Assembly: GCA_963823655.1 (NCBI GenBank)
Contig: CAWGMK010000007.1
Span: forward strand, 96,001 to 160,000
Length of the DNA stretch: 64,000 bases
Reading direction: 5' to 3'
Source of the DNA: an uncultured Bacillota bacterium
GTDB taxonomy: Bacteria > Bacillota > DTU025 > MWDF01
Both the position numbers and the translations under genes were made by a program. How positions within the stretch are numbered: position 1 is the first letter of the stretch; every line of letters begins with the position of its first letter. The notes under the pieces were generated by a model. It made no database searches and was not told the DNA's origin. It was given only the letters and a program-made list of their open reading frames with translations. Positions 31,590 to 42,124 of the stretch are shown piece by piece.

Positions 31590-33047
31590 ATGGAGCTAGA
31601 CAACATAAATGCACCACTATTCCAGGCCTTGAGGCGGCATGCCGACATGAACCCGTACCAGTTCCATGTGCCGGGGCATAAAGCGGGCAAGGCCTATCCG
31701 AAAGAGATATTTGAGTGGCTACGGGACTACGCGATGAGGATAGACCTCACCGAGCAGCCTGACATAGACTGCCTGCTTGCACCGTCCGGCCCGATAAAAG
31801 AGGCGCAGGACAATGCGGCAAGGACCTTCAAGTGCGACAGGACCTTCTTCCTTACGAACGGAAGCACATCCGGCGTGCAGGCGATGCTTCTTACGAACAC
31901 GAAGCCCGGTGGCAAGGTGATAATGCCCAGGGATGCCCACATGTCCGCTTTCAGCGGCCTAATAATGTCCGGTGCCTCCCCCATATTCGTATATCCGGAT
32001 GTTGACCCCAAATGGGGAGTGACCAAGGGTGTGCCCTTCGCCGAATACGAAAGGGCTCTTGAATCGCACGACGACATAACGGCGTGCTACATTACCAGGC
32101 CCAATTACTACGGCATGTGCCCCGAAATAAAGCAGGTAGTGAAGCTGTGCCACGATCGGAACATACCGGTGCTTGTGGACGAAGCCCACGGTGCACACAT
32201 AGGCTTCCATTCCGAGATGCCGGATTCGGCGCTCGAGTCCGGAGCCGACTATGTGGTGCAGAGCGCCCACAAGACCTTGCAGGCCTTCACAGGAGGCTCC
32301 TGGATGCATCTGCAGGGATCTTTGGCCGATTCCGAGAAGGCGGCCAGGATGGTGTCCCTGCTGCAGTCTACGAGCCCCTCCTACATAATAATGGCCACCT
32401 TGGACCTCACCTCCTACCTTATGTATGAGATGGGCAATGAGATAGTAAACAAGCAGTACATGCTCAATAAGGCATTCAGGAAGGAAGCCAATAAGCTCAA
32501 GGGCGTAAGGATCATAAACGCCGCCATGATAGACCCATTGAGGATAACGGTATCCGCGTCCGACCTTGGGCTTTCGGGAATAGAGCTGGACATGCTGCTC
32601 AGGACCGAATATAGGGTGTGCGCCGAGATGGCCGATCTTGAAAACGTCGTCATAATCCAGACTGTGGCGGACGATGAAGAAACCATGGCGGCATTGCTCA
32701 GCGCGCTTACGGATGTCAGCCACAGGTTCAAGGCGGACCCGAAGAAGCGATCGAAAATGGGTAGGCAGGTCGCAGCGACCTGGCTTGCGATGCAGCCCAG
32801 CCCGGTCAGGATGACGATGAGGGAGGCGGCCTTCAGGGACAGCGTTACTGTGCCCTTGACCCAGGCCGTCGGCTTCGTGGCATCGGAGACGGTCTCCGTC
32901 TATCCTCCCGGCATACCAGCGATACTGCCCGGCGAGGAGATAACAGCCGAGAAGGCGGTGCTGATAATAGACCTAGCCCGCTCCGGCTATTTTATAAAAG
33001 GCCTAAGAGGCTCGGAGGATTTTGCTGTCAGAGTGGTGAAACCTTGA
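31590..33047 (+). CDS. Orn/Lys/Arg decarboxylase family PLP enzyme (YaaO-like)
   Basis: FHVPGHK, NGST.G, PNYYG, VDEAHG, QSAHKT, QSTSPSY, YPPGIP; upstream of tmk. Confidence 0.92.
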   Translation: MELDNINAPLFQALRRHADMNPYQFHVPGHKAGKAYPKEIFEWLRDYAMRIDLTEQPDIDCLLAPSGPIKEAQDNAARTFKCDRTFFLTNGSTSGVQAMLLTNTKPGGKVIMPRDAHMSAFSGLIMSGASPIFVYPDVDPKWGVTKGVPFAEYERALESHDDITACYITRPNYYGMCPEIKQVVKLCHDRNIPVLVDEAHGAHIGFHSEMPDSALESGADYVVQSAHKTLQAFTGGSWMHLQGSLADSEKAARMVSLLQSTSPSYIIMATLDLTSYLMYEMGNEIVNKQYMLNKAFRKEANKLKGVRIINAAMIDPLRITVSASDLGLSGIELDMLLRTEYRVCAEMADLENVVIIQTVADDEETMAALLSALTDVSHRFKADPKKRSKMGRQVAATWLAMQPSPVRMTMREAAFRDSVTVPLTQAVGFVASETVSVYPPGIPAILPGEEITAEKAVLIIDLARSGYFIKGLRGSEDFAVRVVKP

Positions 33048-33076
33048 GCTTAGCTTAAGGATCTGGAGGAGAACCC

Positions 33077-33739
33077 ATGTTCATAACATTCGAAGGGCCC
33101 GACGGCTGCGGGAAATCCACGCAAGCGAAGCTTCTCGCCGAGAAGCTGGAAGCCTCGGGACGAAAGGTCCTTCTTACAAGAGAGCCCGGAGGAACTGAGA
33201 TAGGCCGCAAGATCAGGCAGATAATCCTGTCCCATACTTCCGAGGGCATGGCGCCGGAGGCCGAGGCCCTGCTTTACGCGGCGGACAGGGCGCAGCATGT
33301 GTTCGAGGTGGTCAGGCCTGCGCTTAATGGCGGAGGCATCGTGATTTCGGACAGGTTCGTGGATTCGAGCTTCGCCTACCAGGCAGTAGCGCTGAAAGTA
33401 GGCTATGAAGCCGTCAAGGCCGCAAACGATATCGCAATCGGCGGGCTGAAGCCGGACCTTACCATATTGCTCGACGTCGACCCTGCCACGGGCATAGGCA
33501 GGATAAGAAAGTCCAAGGCGAGGATCGCGGCTGAAGCTGAAGTAGACAGGATAGAGGCCAGGGACCTGGAGTACCACGCGAGGGTAAGGAAAGCCTACCT
33601 CGACATGGCAGCCAGGGAGCCCGAGAGGATCAAAGTCGTCGATGCTGCCCGGTTCGGCGTATCCGAAGTGCACCAAATGGTCTCATCCATAGTGCTCAAC
33701 TTCCTTGATAAGTGCGAAGGCAAGGCATCAAAGAAGTGA
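33077..33739 (+). CDS. tmk: Thymidylate kinase
   Basis: FITFEGPDGCGKST, TREPGGT, DRFVDSS.AYQ. Confidence 0.97.
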   Translation: MFITFEGPDGCGKSTQAKLLAEKLEASGRKVLLTREPGGTEIGRKIRQIILSHTSEGMAPEAEALLYAADRAQHVFEVVRPALNGGGIVISDRFVDSSFAYQAVALKVGYEAVKAANDIAIGGLKPDLTILLDVDPATGIGRIRKSKARIAAEAEVDRIEARDLEYHARVRKAYLDMAAREPERIKVVDAARFGVSEVHQMVSSIVLNFLDKCEGKASKK

Positions 33740-34848
33740 AATCCGAGCATTTCCTCTTCGAGAAAAGGGCCATAGATCTCCTGGAGGGCGACATCGCCCG
33801 CAAGGAGGTCTCTCATTCATACCTTTTCTGGGGCCCGAGAGGAATCGGAAAATCGGAGCTTGCAGAGAGGTTCGCAACAGCCCTCAACTGTACAGGGAAG
33901 CGGAAGGGGCCGCTGGGCTACTGCGGCAAGTGCTCCAGCTGCTCCAAGATGAAAGAAGAAGTGCTCGTAGACTTCAACGTCAAGCGACCTACCAGGGCAG
34001 TAAGGCGCGAAAGAGGAGCCGAGGTCAAATCGTCGAAGGCGTCCATAAAAATCGAGGACGTGCGCGAGATGATAGACGACATATATATCAAGCCCAATGA
34101 GGCCAAGCACAAGTTCTGGGTGCTGGAGGACGTCCACACCATGGAAGAGAGGATGTTAAACTCGCTTCTTAAAGTGCTTGAGGAGCCCCCCGGAGATTCC
34201 GTAGTGGTTCTGACTGCCCCCTCCCCGGACGACCTGCTTCCGACCGTCATCTCAAGATGCAGGCAAGTAAAGCTGCTGCGCCCTTCACAAGATGAAGTGG
34301 CCGGATGGCTCACAGAAAGATACGGGATAGAGGAGAAGAGGGCGCAGGCTTTGGCAAAAGCTTCGGAGTGCCTGCCCGGAAGGGCGAGGGCGATGGCCGA
34401 GGACAAATGCTTTGAGCCTTTGAGGAAAGCTTTATTGGACGAGCTTATCAATGCTGCGGTTGAAAAGGGCCCCTTCGCCGCCCAGAGAGCAGCAGATTCA
34501 TTGCAGGGGCTCAGCGTCCTTGCGCTGGAAGAAGGCTTGCCCGGGACCGGCGGGCCCGCAGATCCTGACGGCGAGGCGGGCAGGCTTGCCTCCGCAGGAG
34601 GTATAATGGAATTTATAGCGGTATTTTTAAGGGACCTGGCCTACATGAGGCTGGGCTATCCGGAAGATGCTGTTGTGAATATGGACAGGGCTTCTGAGAT
34701 TTCGGCCGCTTCGGGCGCCGCAACCGGCGCACAGTGGCTTAAAAAAGCTGAAAGGGTCCAGAATCTGGCGGTTGCTGTATGGGCTAATGCGAATTTCAGG
34801 CTGGCGCTCGATGAGGCGACGTACCTGGCCGCCGGAGATTCTAACTGA
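33736..34848 (+). CDS. holB: DNA polymerase III delta' subunit
   Basis: HSYLF.GP.G.GK, zinc module C...CGKCSSC, N.LLK.LEEPP, LLPT..SRC; start uncertain. Confidence 0.92.
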   Translation: MKSEHFLFEKRAIDLLEGDIARKEVSHSYLFWGPRGIGKSELAERFATALNCTGKRKGPLGYCGKCSSCSKMKEEVLVDFNVKRPTRAVRRERGAEVKSSKASIKIEDVREMIDDIYIKPNEAKHKFWVLEDVHTMEERMLNSLLKVLEEPPGDSVVVLTAPSPDDLLPTVISRCRQVKLLRPSQDEVAGWLTERYGIEEKRAQALAKASECLPGRARAMAEDKCFEPLRKALLDELINAAVEKGPFAAQRAADSLQGLSVLALEEGLPGTGGPADPDGEAGRLASAGGIMEFIAVFLRDLAYMRLGYPEDAVVNMDRASEISAASGAATGAQWLKKAERVQNLAVAVWANANFRLALDEATYLAAGDSN

Positions 34849-34862
34849 AAGGATGCCATGAT

Positions 34863-36161
34863 TTGGTTAAGATAACTGGGATAAGGTTCAAAAGGGCAGG
34901 CAAAGTCTACTATTTCGATCCGGGCGAGCTGGAGATGTCAATCGGCCAGAAGGCCATAGTAGAGACCGTCCGGGGAATAGAGATGGGGGATATAGTAATC
35001 TCCTCCAAGATGATAGAAGACGATTTCGTCGTGCAGCCCCTGAAGAGGATAATGAGGATTGCGACGGAGGAGGATCTAAGGCACGCCGAAGAAAACAAGG
35101 CCAAGGAGCCAAAAGCCCTGGATATGTGCCATGAGAAGATAAGGGCGCACAACCTGCCGATGAAGCTGGTAGGCGCCGAATATACCTTCGACAACAGCAA
35201 GATAATCTTCTACTTCACCGCCGAGGGAAGGGTCGATTTCAGGGAGCTTGTGAAAGACCTTGCCTCCGTTTTCAAGATGAGGATAGAGCTGCGCCAGATA
35301 GGCGTCAGGGACGAGGCTAAGCTTGTAGGCGGGCTGGGCCCTTGCGGCCTTCCGATGTGCTGCACCACCTGGCTTGGCGATTTCGATCCCGTATCCATAA
35401 AGATGGCCAAAGAGCAGAATTTTTCGCTGAACCCGGCCAAGATATCGGGCATCTGCGGAAGGCTAATGTGCTGCTTGAAATATGAATCCGGCATGTATGA
35501 CGACTCAAGGCCGAGGGCGGCTCAGCGACAGGCACCAGTACCGGCACCAAATGCGATTGCTGCCCTGGTATGCCCGGGCGCCGTGCAGTGCATAGGCTGT
35601 GATGAGTTGGAAGCCAAGCTAGATGCCTTGCCCGAGGACGAAGAAGGTGTGCTTGTAGCCGTAGTGGATGAAATCCCCGGCTTTGAGCTTTCGCAACCTA
35701 AGCCGGCCGATGCCTCCGGGGCCCCTGAAAAGGGAGCGCCACAGGCAGAAACTTCCGGAATAAATGCCGAAGCCGACAGAAAAGCGCAGGTCGCCCTGCC
35801 GAATGTGAATATTCCCAAGGCGGGCTTGCCCGCGGCGAATGTCGTCAAAAAAGAGTTCGTACCTCGGAAAAGCTGGAATGATCAGAAGAAACCCGGCAAC
35901 TTCCAGGGCCAGAGGCCGCAGGGGAACGCGAATCCCAAACCGGCTGTGACAAACAAGGCTGATTGGCAGGATTTCCAGGCAAGGGAAAAGACGGATGCGC
36001 CGAAGACGGTCGAAAATGGCAAGACCGCCGGCCTTCCCGGAGGGAATCCCCAAGGGCCCAGGCCGGTTGAGGCCAGGCGCTTCAATAACAGGAGAAGAAG
36101 CCATGGACACAGAAGGGAAGATGGGCCATCGGATCCCAACGGAAATCCTAAAGGGGAATGA
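34863..36161 (+). CDS. ricT: RicT/YaaT (PSP1) with long C-terminal extension
   Basis: FTAEGRVDFRELV, RIELRQIG.RDE, GPCG...CC, ISG.CGRLMCCL.YE. Confidence 0.93.
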   Translation: MVKITGIRFKRAGKVYYFDPGELEMSIGQKAIVETVRGIEMGDIVISSKMIEDDFVVQPLKRIMRIATEEDLRHAEENKAKEPKALDMCHEKIRAHNLPMKLVGAEYTFDNSKIIFYFTAEGRVDFRELVKDLASVFKMRIELRQIGVRDEAKLVGGLGPCGLPMCCTTWLGDFDPVSIKMAKEQNFSLNPAKISGICGRLMCCLKYESGMYDDSRPRAAQRQAPVPAPNAIAALVCPGAVQCIGCDELEAKLDALPEDEEGVLVAVVDEIPGFELSQPKPADASGAPEKGAPQAETSGINAEADRKAQVALPNVNIPKAGLPAANVVKKEFVPRKSWNDQKKPGNFQGQRPQGNANPKPAVTNKADWQDFQAREKTDAPKTVENGKTAGLPGGNPQGPRPVEARRFNNRRRSHGHRREDGPSDPNGNPKGE

Positions 36162-36876
36162 GCGGTTTGACGACCTGCAACGCTCGGGCCTCAGGATAAT
36201 ACAGGACCCAAAGGGAAACAGGTTCTCCACCGACGCGGTCCTGCTTTCGTCCTTCTGCAAGGCCAAAAGCTCCGACAACGTCGCGGATCTGGGGACTGGC
36301 ACCGGCATACTGCCGCTTCTCATCTGGGCCAAATGGAAACCCAAGCATATTGTGGGCATTGAGCTGGACGAGGCCACCGCCGACATGGCTATGCGCAGCA
36401 TAATGGCCAACGGCCTGGAAAAAAGCATAGACATAATACATGCAGATCTCAAATTCTCCCCTGAAATTCTCGGCAGGGGCAAGTTCAATTTGGTCGTATC
36501 AAACCCCCCTTATATTAGGCTTGGCGGGGGTGAGCAGGGAATTTCAGGGCCCAGGGCCCTTGCGAGGCACGAGATAGGCTGCACTTTCGACGATGTCGCC
36601 GAAGCGGCGGCCTCCCTTCTCGTCCCTGCCGGCAGATTTGCGCTGGTACACAGGCCCAACAGGCTGGCGGATGTGTTCTGTTCTCTTAAGGGCCACGGGC
36701 TTGAACCGAAGCTTCTCAGGACCGTCCATACGAAACCGGATGACGCCCCGACGATGGTGCTCATATCCTCGGTGAAGGGTGCGGCGCCGGGCCTTAAGGT
36801 AGGCTCTCCTCTGGTTTTATACAAAGACGACGGCACGTATACTGATGAGACACAGGAAATATATTTCGGAGTATAA
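36121..36876 (+). CDS. tRNA1(Val) (adenine37-N6)-methyltransferase (YabB-like); start uncertain
   Basis: DAVLL, DLGTGTG, SNPPY, ARHE, LVHRP.RL. Confidence 0.9.
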   Translation: MGHRIPTEILKGNERFDDLQRSGLRIIQDPKGNRFSTDAVLLSSFCKAKSSDNVADLGTGTGILPLLIWAKWKPKHIVGIELDEATADMAMRSIMANGLEKSIDIIHADLKFSPEILGRGKFNLVVSNPPYIRLGGGEQGISGPRALARHEIGCTFDDVAEAAASLLVPAGRFALVHRPNRLADVFCSLKGHGLEPKLLRTVHTKPDDAPTMVLISSVKGAAPGLKVGSPLVLYKDDGTYTDETQEIYFGV

Positions 36877-36904
36877 AAAAGGCCCCTCCATGGCAAGAGG
36901 GGCC
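36875..36904 (-). terminator. Terminator between convergent yabB and abrB
   Basis: A6-GGCCCCTC...GAGGGGCC. Confidence 0.65.
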
Positions 36905-36925
36905 GCCGTTAACTTTGAATGATCC

Positions 36926-37171
36926 TTATTTCGAGGTTTTAATTGTGCCCAAGCAGTCGGTGCATATATTCTTTCCCATGATATTGCGCATATTGTCGGC
37001 ATTGCCGCAGAATATACACGCCGGTTCGTACTTCTTGAGTATTATCCTCTCCCCGTCGACGAATATCTCAAGCGCATCCTTCTCCTGAATGTTCATCGTG
37101 CGCCTTAGTTCGATGGGGATGACTACGCGTCCTAATTCGTCCACTTTTCTGACTATACCTGTTGATTTCAT
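36926..37171 (-). CDS. abrB: AbrB family transition-state regulator (clostridial type, C-terminal Cys motif)
   Basis: MKSTGIVRKVDELGRVVIPIELRR; CIFC...C..C. Confidence 0.93.
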   Translation of the reverse strand: MKSTGIVRKVDELGRVVIPIELRRTMNIQEKDALEIFVDGERIILKKYEPACIFCGNADNMRNIMGKNICTDCLGTIKTSK

Positions 37172-37210
37172 GAAACACCTCCGTTACCTTGATGAAATTT
37201 ACATGATGTA

Positions 37211-37813
37211 TTACACGGTAGCCTTAATCCAGCTATCATCCAGTTGTAAACCGATGATCAGCCTTCCTACCAGGTTCTGGGCGGCAACCAAGCTTGTCTC
37301 CTGAGCATAGGCTACAATCAGGATTGCCCTGTTATAGTCCGTAAGCAAAGTGTAGAGCCTAATTGGTGCCGTGCCTGAAACCGCAGTGGCCTTGCCCTGG
37401 ACAGAGAATTGCAAACCTTCAATTCCAGCGGCTTTTATGCTGATGGCGCCACTGGCTTTTGCCTCGCTCTCCCTTAGGAAGGACATCGACATTCCGTCCA
37501 AAGGACCGACGGTGAGAGTATCGAGCTTGGCTGCTGATATCTCAATAACGGGCCCTTGCGATGAAGAAACATACAGTTTCCTGAGGCCGTAAGCGTCCTT
37601 GGCCTCATAGACGGATAAGTCGCCTTCTGTGGGCAAAAGGAAGCTGAAGCCGGAGCCGTGGACGATGCTGAACCCATCGCCGGACTTTACAAGCTTCGCG
37701 ACAGTCAGAGGAGAGGTAGCCTTGACCGCAGCTATAACCCCGCCGGACAGGGATAAAGCCAGGGCCGCCGCTAGGATCACTGATAATGCTGCTTTGCTGA
37801 ACAACCTGCTCAT
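37211..37813 (-). CDS. Hypothetical exported protein
   Basis: N-terminal signal peptide; no family recognised. Confidence 0.6.
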   Translation of the reverse strand: MSRLFSKAALSVILAAALALSLSGGVIAAVKATSPLTVAKLVKSGDGFSIVHGSGFSFLLPTEGDLSVYEAKDAYGLRKLYVSSSQGPVIEISAAKLDTLTVGPLDGMSMSFLRESEAKASGAISIKAAGIEGLQFSVQGKATAVSGTAPIRLYTLLTDYNRAILIVAYAQETSLVAAQNLVGRLIIGLQLDDSWIKATV

Positions 37814-38102
37814 GATGTCACTTCCTTGTCACTGTGGTGAAATCTACCATAAATTGAATATTGTTTTCAATATGCTTTTAACACAAATCAAAAATTTCCA
37901 CAAATTATGAAAAGGATCCACATAGATAATATACTCCAGATATGCCCATTTTGGTTCCCGCGGTATCCGGATTGAAACCTATAAGCCGGTTTATTTGACA
38001 GTTTAGCTCTACAAAATTAACATATAACTACTATAGCCGATTTATAACGGCGAGCGGAAAATAAAATGCGTTTCGATTTCCGGCCGCCTCTGGAGGTAGC
38101 AA

Positions 38103-40106
38103 ATGGAGAACAAAGCTTTCTATATAACAACGCCGATATACTACGTTAATGACCTTCCGCATATAGGGCACTCCTACACGACGATCGCCTGCGACGTCAT
38201 GGCGCGCTACAAGCGCCTGGCAGGTTTCGACGTCTACTTCCTGACGGGAACGGATGAGCACGGGCAGAAGATAGAGCGCATGGCCGAATCCAAAGGAGTG
38301 GCCCCTAAGGAGTACTGCGACGGCATAGCCGCGGCATTTCAGAAGCTTTGGGAGCGCCTCGACATATCCAACGACGGCTTCATAAGGACCACGGACGATT
38401 ACCATGTAAGAAGGGTACAGAAGATCTTCAAGAAGATCTTCGATAACGGCGACATATATAAAGGAAAGTACGAGGGCTGGTACTGCACTCCGTGCGAATC
38501 GTTCTGGCCGGAAGGCCAGCTTGTCGACGGCAACTGCCCCGACTGCGGCAGGAAAGTGGAGCGTACCGAGGAGGAAGCCTATTTCTTCAGGCTCTCCAAG
38601 TACGCCGACAGGCTCTTGAAGCTGTACGAGGACAACCCCGATTTCATACAGCCGACCACGCGCAAGAACGAGATGATCGCCTTCATAAAGAGCGGCCTGG
38701 AGGACCTTTGCGTATCCAGGACCACCTTCAAATGGGGCGTGCCCGTTGACTTCGACGACAAGCACGTAGTCTACGTCTGGATCGATGCACTCTCCAACTA
38801 CATAACCAAGCTGGGCTTCCCTGAGGACAAGGACGGCCTGTTCGGCCGCTACTGGCCGGCCGACTTCCATGTAGTGGGCAAGGAGATAGTGCGCTTCCAT
38901 TCAGTGATCTGGCCGGCGCTTCTGATGTCCATGGGCGTGGAGCTTCCCCGCTCGGTCTTCGGCCACGGCTGGTGGACCGCGGAGGGCGAGAAGATTTCCA
39001 AGTCCAAGGGCAATATGATCGACCCCGGCAAATACATTGACGAGTTCGGCTCGGATTCCGTAAGGTATTTCGTCCTCAGGGAGATCTCCTTCGGCCAGGA
39101 CGGGGACTTTTCAAGGATGAACTTCCTGCACAGGACCAATGCTGAGCTTGCAAACGACCTGGGCAACCTTCTTAGCCGCGCCACGGCTATGATCGGGAAA
39201 TTCTGCGAAGGGTATGTCCCGATCCAGGAGACTTTCGAGGAGATAGACAGGGAGTTCGAGCCCCTTGCCGCAGAGATACTTGAAAATTACAAATGCAAGA
39301 TGGACAGCATGGATTTCCAGGGCGCGTTTGCCGAAGTCATGAGGCTTGTGGGTCGCGCCAACAAATACATCGATGAGACTGCCCCGTGGAGCCTGGCAAA
39401 AGAGGAATCTGGCAAGGGCAGGCTGGGCACTGTGCTATACAATGTAGCCGAGACCTGCAGGGTGGCTGCGATATTGCTCTCGCCCGTGCTTACAAAAGGC
39501 GCGCCTGAGATCTGGCACCAGCTGGGGCTGGACGGGACGCCGGCAGACAACGATTTGGATGCGGCAAAATGGGGAGGGCTGGTTCCGGGCACCGAGGTCA
39601 GGCGCTGCGATCCGGTCTATCCGAGGATAGACATTAAGGCGGTACTGGAGCGCGACGCGGCGGAAAAGAAGGCGAAACAGGAGGAAAATGCGGCAAAGGT
39701 GAAGGCAGCAAAGGCGGAAGCCAGGGAAAAGAAGGCGGAGCCCGCGGCAGTTCCTGCCAATGCTGATGAGCCGAAGCCCTTAATCTCCATAGATGATTTC
39801 GCCAAGATAGAACTTAGGACGGCGGAAGTCATGGCTGCCGAGAAGATAGAAGGCTCGGACAAGCTTTTGAAGCTGACCGTAAGCATCGCGGGCAAACAGA
39901 GGCAGATAGTGGCGGGCATCGCCAAGCACTACGACCCGGCGGATCTTGTGGGCAAGATGATAGTTGTAGTTGCCAATCTCCAGCCCGCAAAGCTGAGAGG
40001 CAATGTTTCCGAGGGCATGCTGCTGGCGGCGTCGACTGAAGACCACTCAGAACTTGCGGTGCTGACTGTCGACAGGCCTGTTCCCAGCGGAAGCCGGGCC
40101 AAATAG
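38103..40106 (+). CDS. metG: Methionine--tRNA ligase with C-terminal tRNA-binding domain
   Basis: YITTPIYY, HIGH, TGTDEHG, YVW.DAL, KISKS, Trbp111-like C-terminus. Confidence 0.97.
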   Translation: MENKAFYITTPIYYVNDLPHIGHSYTTIACDVMARYKRLAGFDVYFLTGTDEHGQKIERMAESKGVAPKEYCDGIAAAFQKLWERLDISNDGFIRTTDDYHVRRVQKIFKKIFDNGDIYKGKYEGWYCTPCESFWPEGQLVDGNCPDCGRKVERTEEEAYFFRLSKYADRLLKLYEDNPDFIQPTTRKNEMIAFIKSGLEDLCVSRTTFKWGVPVDFDDKHVVYVWIDALSNYITKLGFPEDKDGLFGRYWPADFHVVGKEIVRFHSVIWPALLMSMGVELPRSVFGHGWWTAEGEKISKSKGNMIDPGKYIDEFGSDSVRYFVLREISFGQDGDFSRMNFLHRTNAELANDLGNLLSRATAMIGKFCEGYVPIQETFEEIDREFEPLAAEILENYKCKMDSMDFQGAFAEVMRLVGRANKYIDETAPWSLAKEESGKGRLGTVLYNVAETCRVAAILLSPVLTKGAPEIWHQLGLDGTPADNDLDAAKWGGLVPGTEVRRCDPVYPRIDIKAVLERDAAEKKAKQEENAAKVKAAKAEAREKKAEPAAVPANADEPKPLISIDDFAKIELRTAEVMAAEKIEGSDKLLKLTVSIAGKQRQIVAGIAKHYDPADLVGKMIVVVANLQPAKLRGNVSEGMLLAASTEDHSELAVLTVDRPVPSGSRAK

Positions 40107-40108
40107 GC

Positions 40109-40876
40109 ATGAGGATATTCGATTCCCATTGCCACCTGGATGACGAGGCCTATGAGCCCGACAGGGACGATTGCGTCATAAGGGCCAGGGAGCAGGGAGT
40201 AGTCAATATCCTAAATCCGGGCTACGACCTCGTTTCAAGCGAGGCTGCGATCAAGATGGCGGCCCGTTACGAAGGTGTCTGGGCGGCTGTGGGCATCCAT
40301 CCCCAGAAGGGCGAGGAGCATAATGCTCCGAGCCTTGATGCGCTAGTATCGCTTGCGGCTTCGGAAAAAGTCGTGGCGATAGGCGAGATCGGCCTTGATT
40401 ACTACTGGATGAAATCGCCGAAAGAGGCCCAATACGAGGCCTTGCTGAACCAACTGGACCTTGCCTCATCGCTCGGGCTGCCTGTGCTTATCCACAGCAG
40501 GGATGCGTCCCAGGAGACGTTCGAGATAGTCAAGGAGCACAGAAAGAGGCTGTCCGGGCTGGTCATGCATTGCTACTCGGGAAGCGCCGAGATGGCTGCC
40601 GAATACGTAAAGCTCGGTTGCCTTATATCACTTGGAGGCCCGGTGACTTTCAACAATGCGAGAAGGGCCCAGGAGGTGGCGGCTAAAGTGCCCCTTTCAA
40701 GCCTTCTTGTTGAGACCGACGGGCCATACCTATCGCCGATGCCCTTCAGGGGAAAGCGCAACGAGCCGGCTTACACGAGGCTGGTAGTCGAGAAAATAGC
40801 GGCCATAAAGGGCATTACAGCCGATGAGGTGGCCGAGGCATCCTATGAGAATACCGTGAAGTTGCTCAAAATATAG
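40109..40876 (+). CDS. tatD: TatD family DNase
   Basis: DSHCH, GIHP, GEIGLDY, IHSR, HCYSG, ETD.PYL. Confidence 0.95.
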   Translation: MRIFDSHCHLDDEAYEPDRDDCVIRAREQGVVNILNPGYDLVSSEAAIKMAARYEGVWAAVGIHPQKGEEHNAPSLDALVSLAASEKVVAIGEIGLDYYWMKSPKEAQYEALLNQLDLASSLGLPVLIHSRDASQETFEIVKEHRKRLSGLVMHCYSGSAEMAAEYVKLGCLISLGGPVTFNNARRAQEVAAKVPLSSLLVETDGPYLSPMPFRGKRNEPAYTRLVVEKIAAIKGITADEVAEASYENTVKLLKI

Positions 40877-40953
40877 TTCACCCAACAATAATGTCGAAAA
40901 AGCGGGGTAATCCAAACAAGGATTACCCCGCCGTCATTCCCAAGGATTGCTGC

Positions 40954-41952
40954 CTAAAGCATGTGCTCCCTTCCGGAGCCGCTTCTTACCATCTTCTTGC
41001 TCAAATCGTGTATCGTCATGATCCGCCTTATGGTGCCGGTACGGTATCTCATGGCAAGAGACTCTGTTACTGCCTTGTCTCCCATGTACCTTACGCCTTT
41101 GAGCATTTCGCCGTCGGTCACTCCCGTGGCGGAGAACACCAGGCCGTCGCCTTTTGCCAGGTCCTCTGCACAGAACAGCCTGTCGAAGTCGGTGAAGCCG
41201 GCATCTCTTGCCCGCTTTTTCTGATCCTCGTCCTCCAGGTACATCTTGCACTGGATCTCCCCGCCCAGGCATCTCATCGCGGCTGCCGTTATTACTGCCT
41301 CCGGCCCGCCTCCGCTGCCCATGAGCATATCTACGCCTGTGTCGGGCAGGGCGGTTGCGATGGCTGCCGCCACATCGCCGTCCTGGATGATCTTTATCCT
41401 TGCCCCGCAGTCGCGGATCTCTTTAATAAGGGCCTCGTGCCTGGGCCTGTTCAAAACGACCACAGTCAAATCCCTTACCTTTTTCCCCAGGTTGGCGGCG
41501 GCTACATGGAGATTGATCTTCACCGGCTCGTTAATATCTATGCCCTCCCTGGCGGCAGGGCCTACTGCGATCTTGTGCGCATAGAATGTGGGAAAGTGCA
41601 TCAGAGAGCCTTTGCTCGCCGCGACCAGGACCGATATTGCCCCGGGCATGCCCTTTGCCACCAGGCTGGTTCCTTCTATCGGGTCTACGGCGATGTCGAC
41701 TTCCACCGAATCCCCGCCCATTCCCACCTTCTCGCCGTTGTAGAGCATCGGAGCTTTATCTTTTTCGCCCTCGCCGATGATTATGGTTCCGTTGATCCTG
41801 ACCAGGTCCAGCATGCCTCTCATACCGTCTACTCCGGCGGCATCGATCATGTTCTTGTCGCCTGTCCCCATGAAGCGTCCGGCCTTGAGAGCTGCTGTTT
41901 CCGTAACCCTTACAAGCTCCAGAAGAATTTCCCTCTCCCTGTCGTTTATCAT
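40954..41952 (-). CDS. glpX: Class II fructose-1,6-bisphosphatase
   Basis: RVTE.AA, IGEGEKD.APML, DIAVDPIEGT, DGDV, GG.PE, ATGVTDG. Confidence 0.95.
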   Translation of the reverse strand: MINDREREILLELVRVTETAALKAGRFMGTGDKNMIDAAGVDGMRGMLDLVRINGTIIIGEGEKDKAPMLYNGEKVGMGGDSVEVDIAVDPIEGTSLVAKGMPGAISVLVAASKGSLMHFPTFYAHKIAVGPAAREGIDINEPVKINLHVAAANLGKKVRDLTVVVLNRPRHEALIKEIRDCGARIKIIQDGDVAAAIATALPDTGVDMLMGSGGGPEAVITAAAMRCLGGEIQCKMYLEDEDQKKRARDAGFTDFDRLFCAEDLAKGDGLVFSATGVTDGEMLKGVRYMGDKAVTESLAMRYRTGTIRRIMTIHDLSKKMVRSGSGREHML

Positions 41953-42124
41953 CAGAAGAACCTCCTGCCGACGAGCCCGTGCCCGAAACTTTCGCGGCAT
42001 TTCTATAGTTTTCTAATTGGGGAGGAGAATCCTCTAAAAGGTGTGAAACAAACCGCAAATTTGACATTGAGGTTGAAGTTGGCATATCTTTTATATACGA
42101 ACTTAGAGACTAAAGGAGAAATTT

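Noticed and set aside
37814-38102. T-box or S-box leader upstream of metG
   Set aside because: No T-box GGTGGNACCGCG or S-box core seen, and the leader after the TTGACA-17-TAACAT promoter is too short; only an imperfect hairpin
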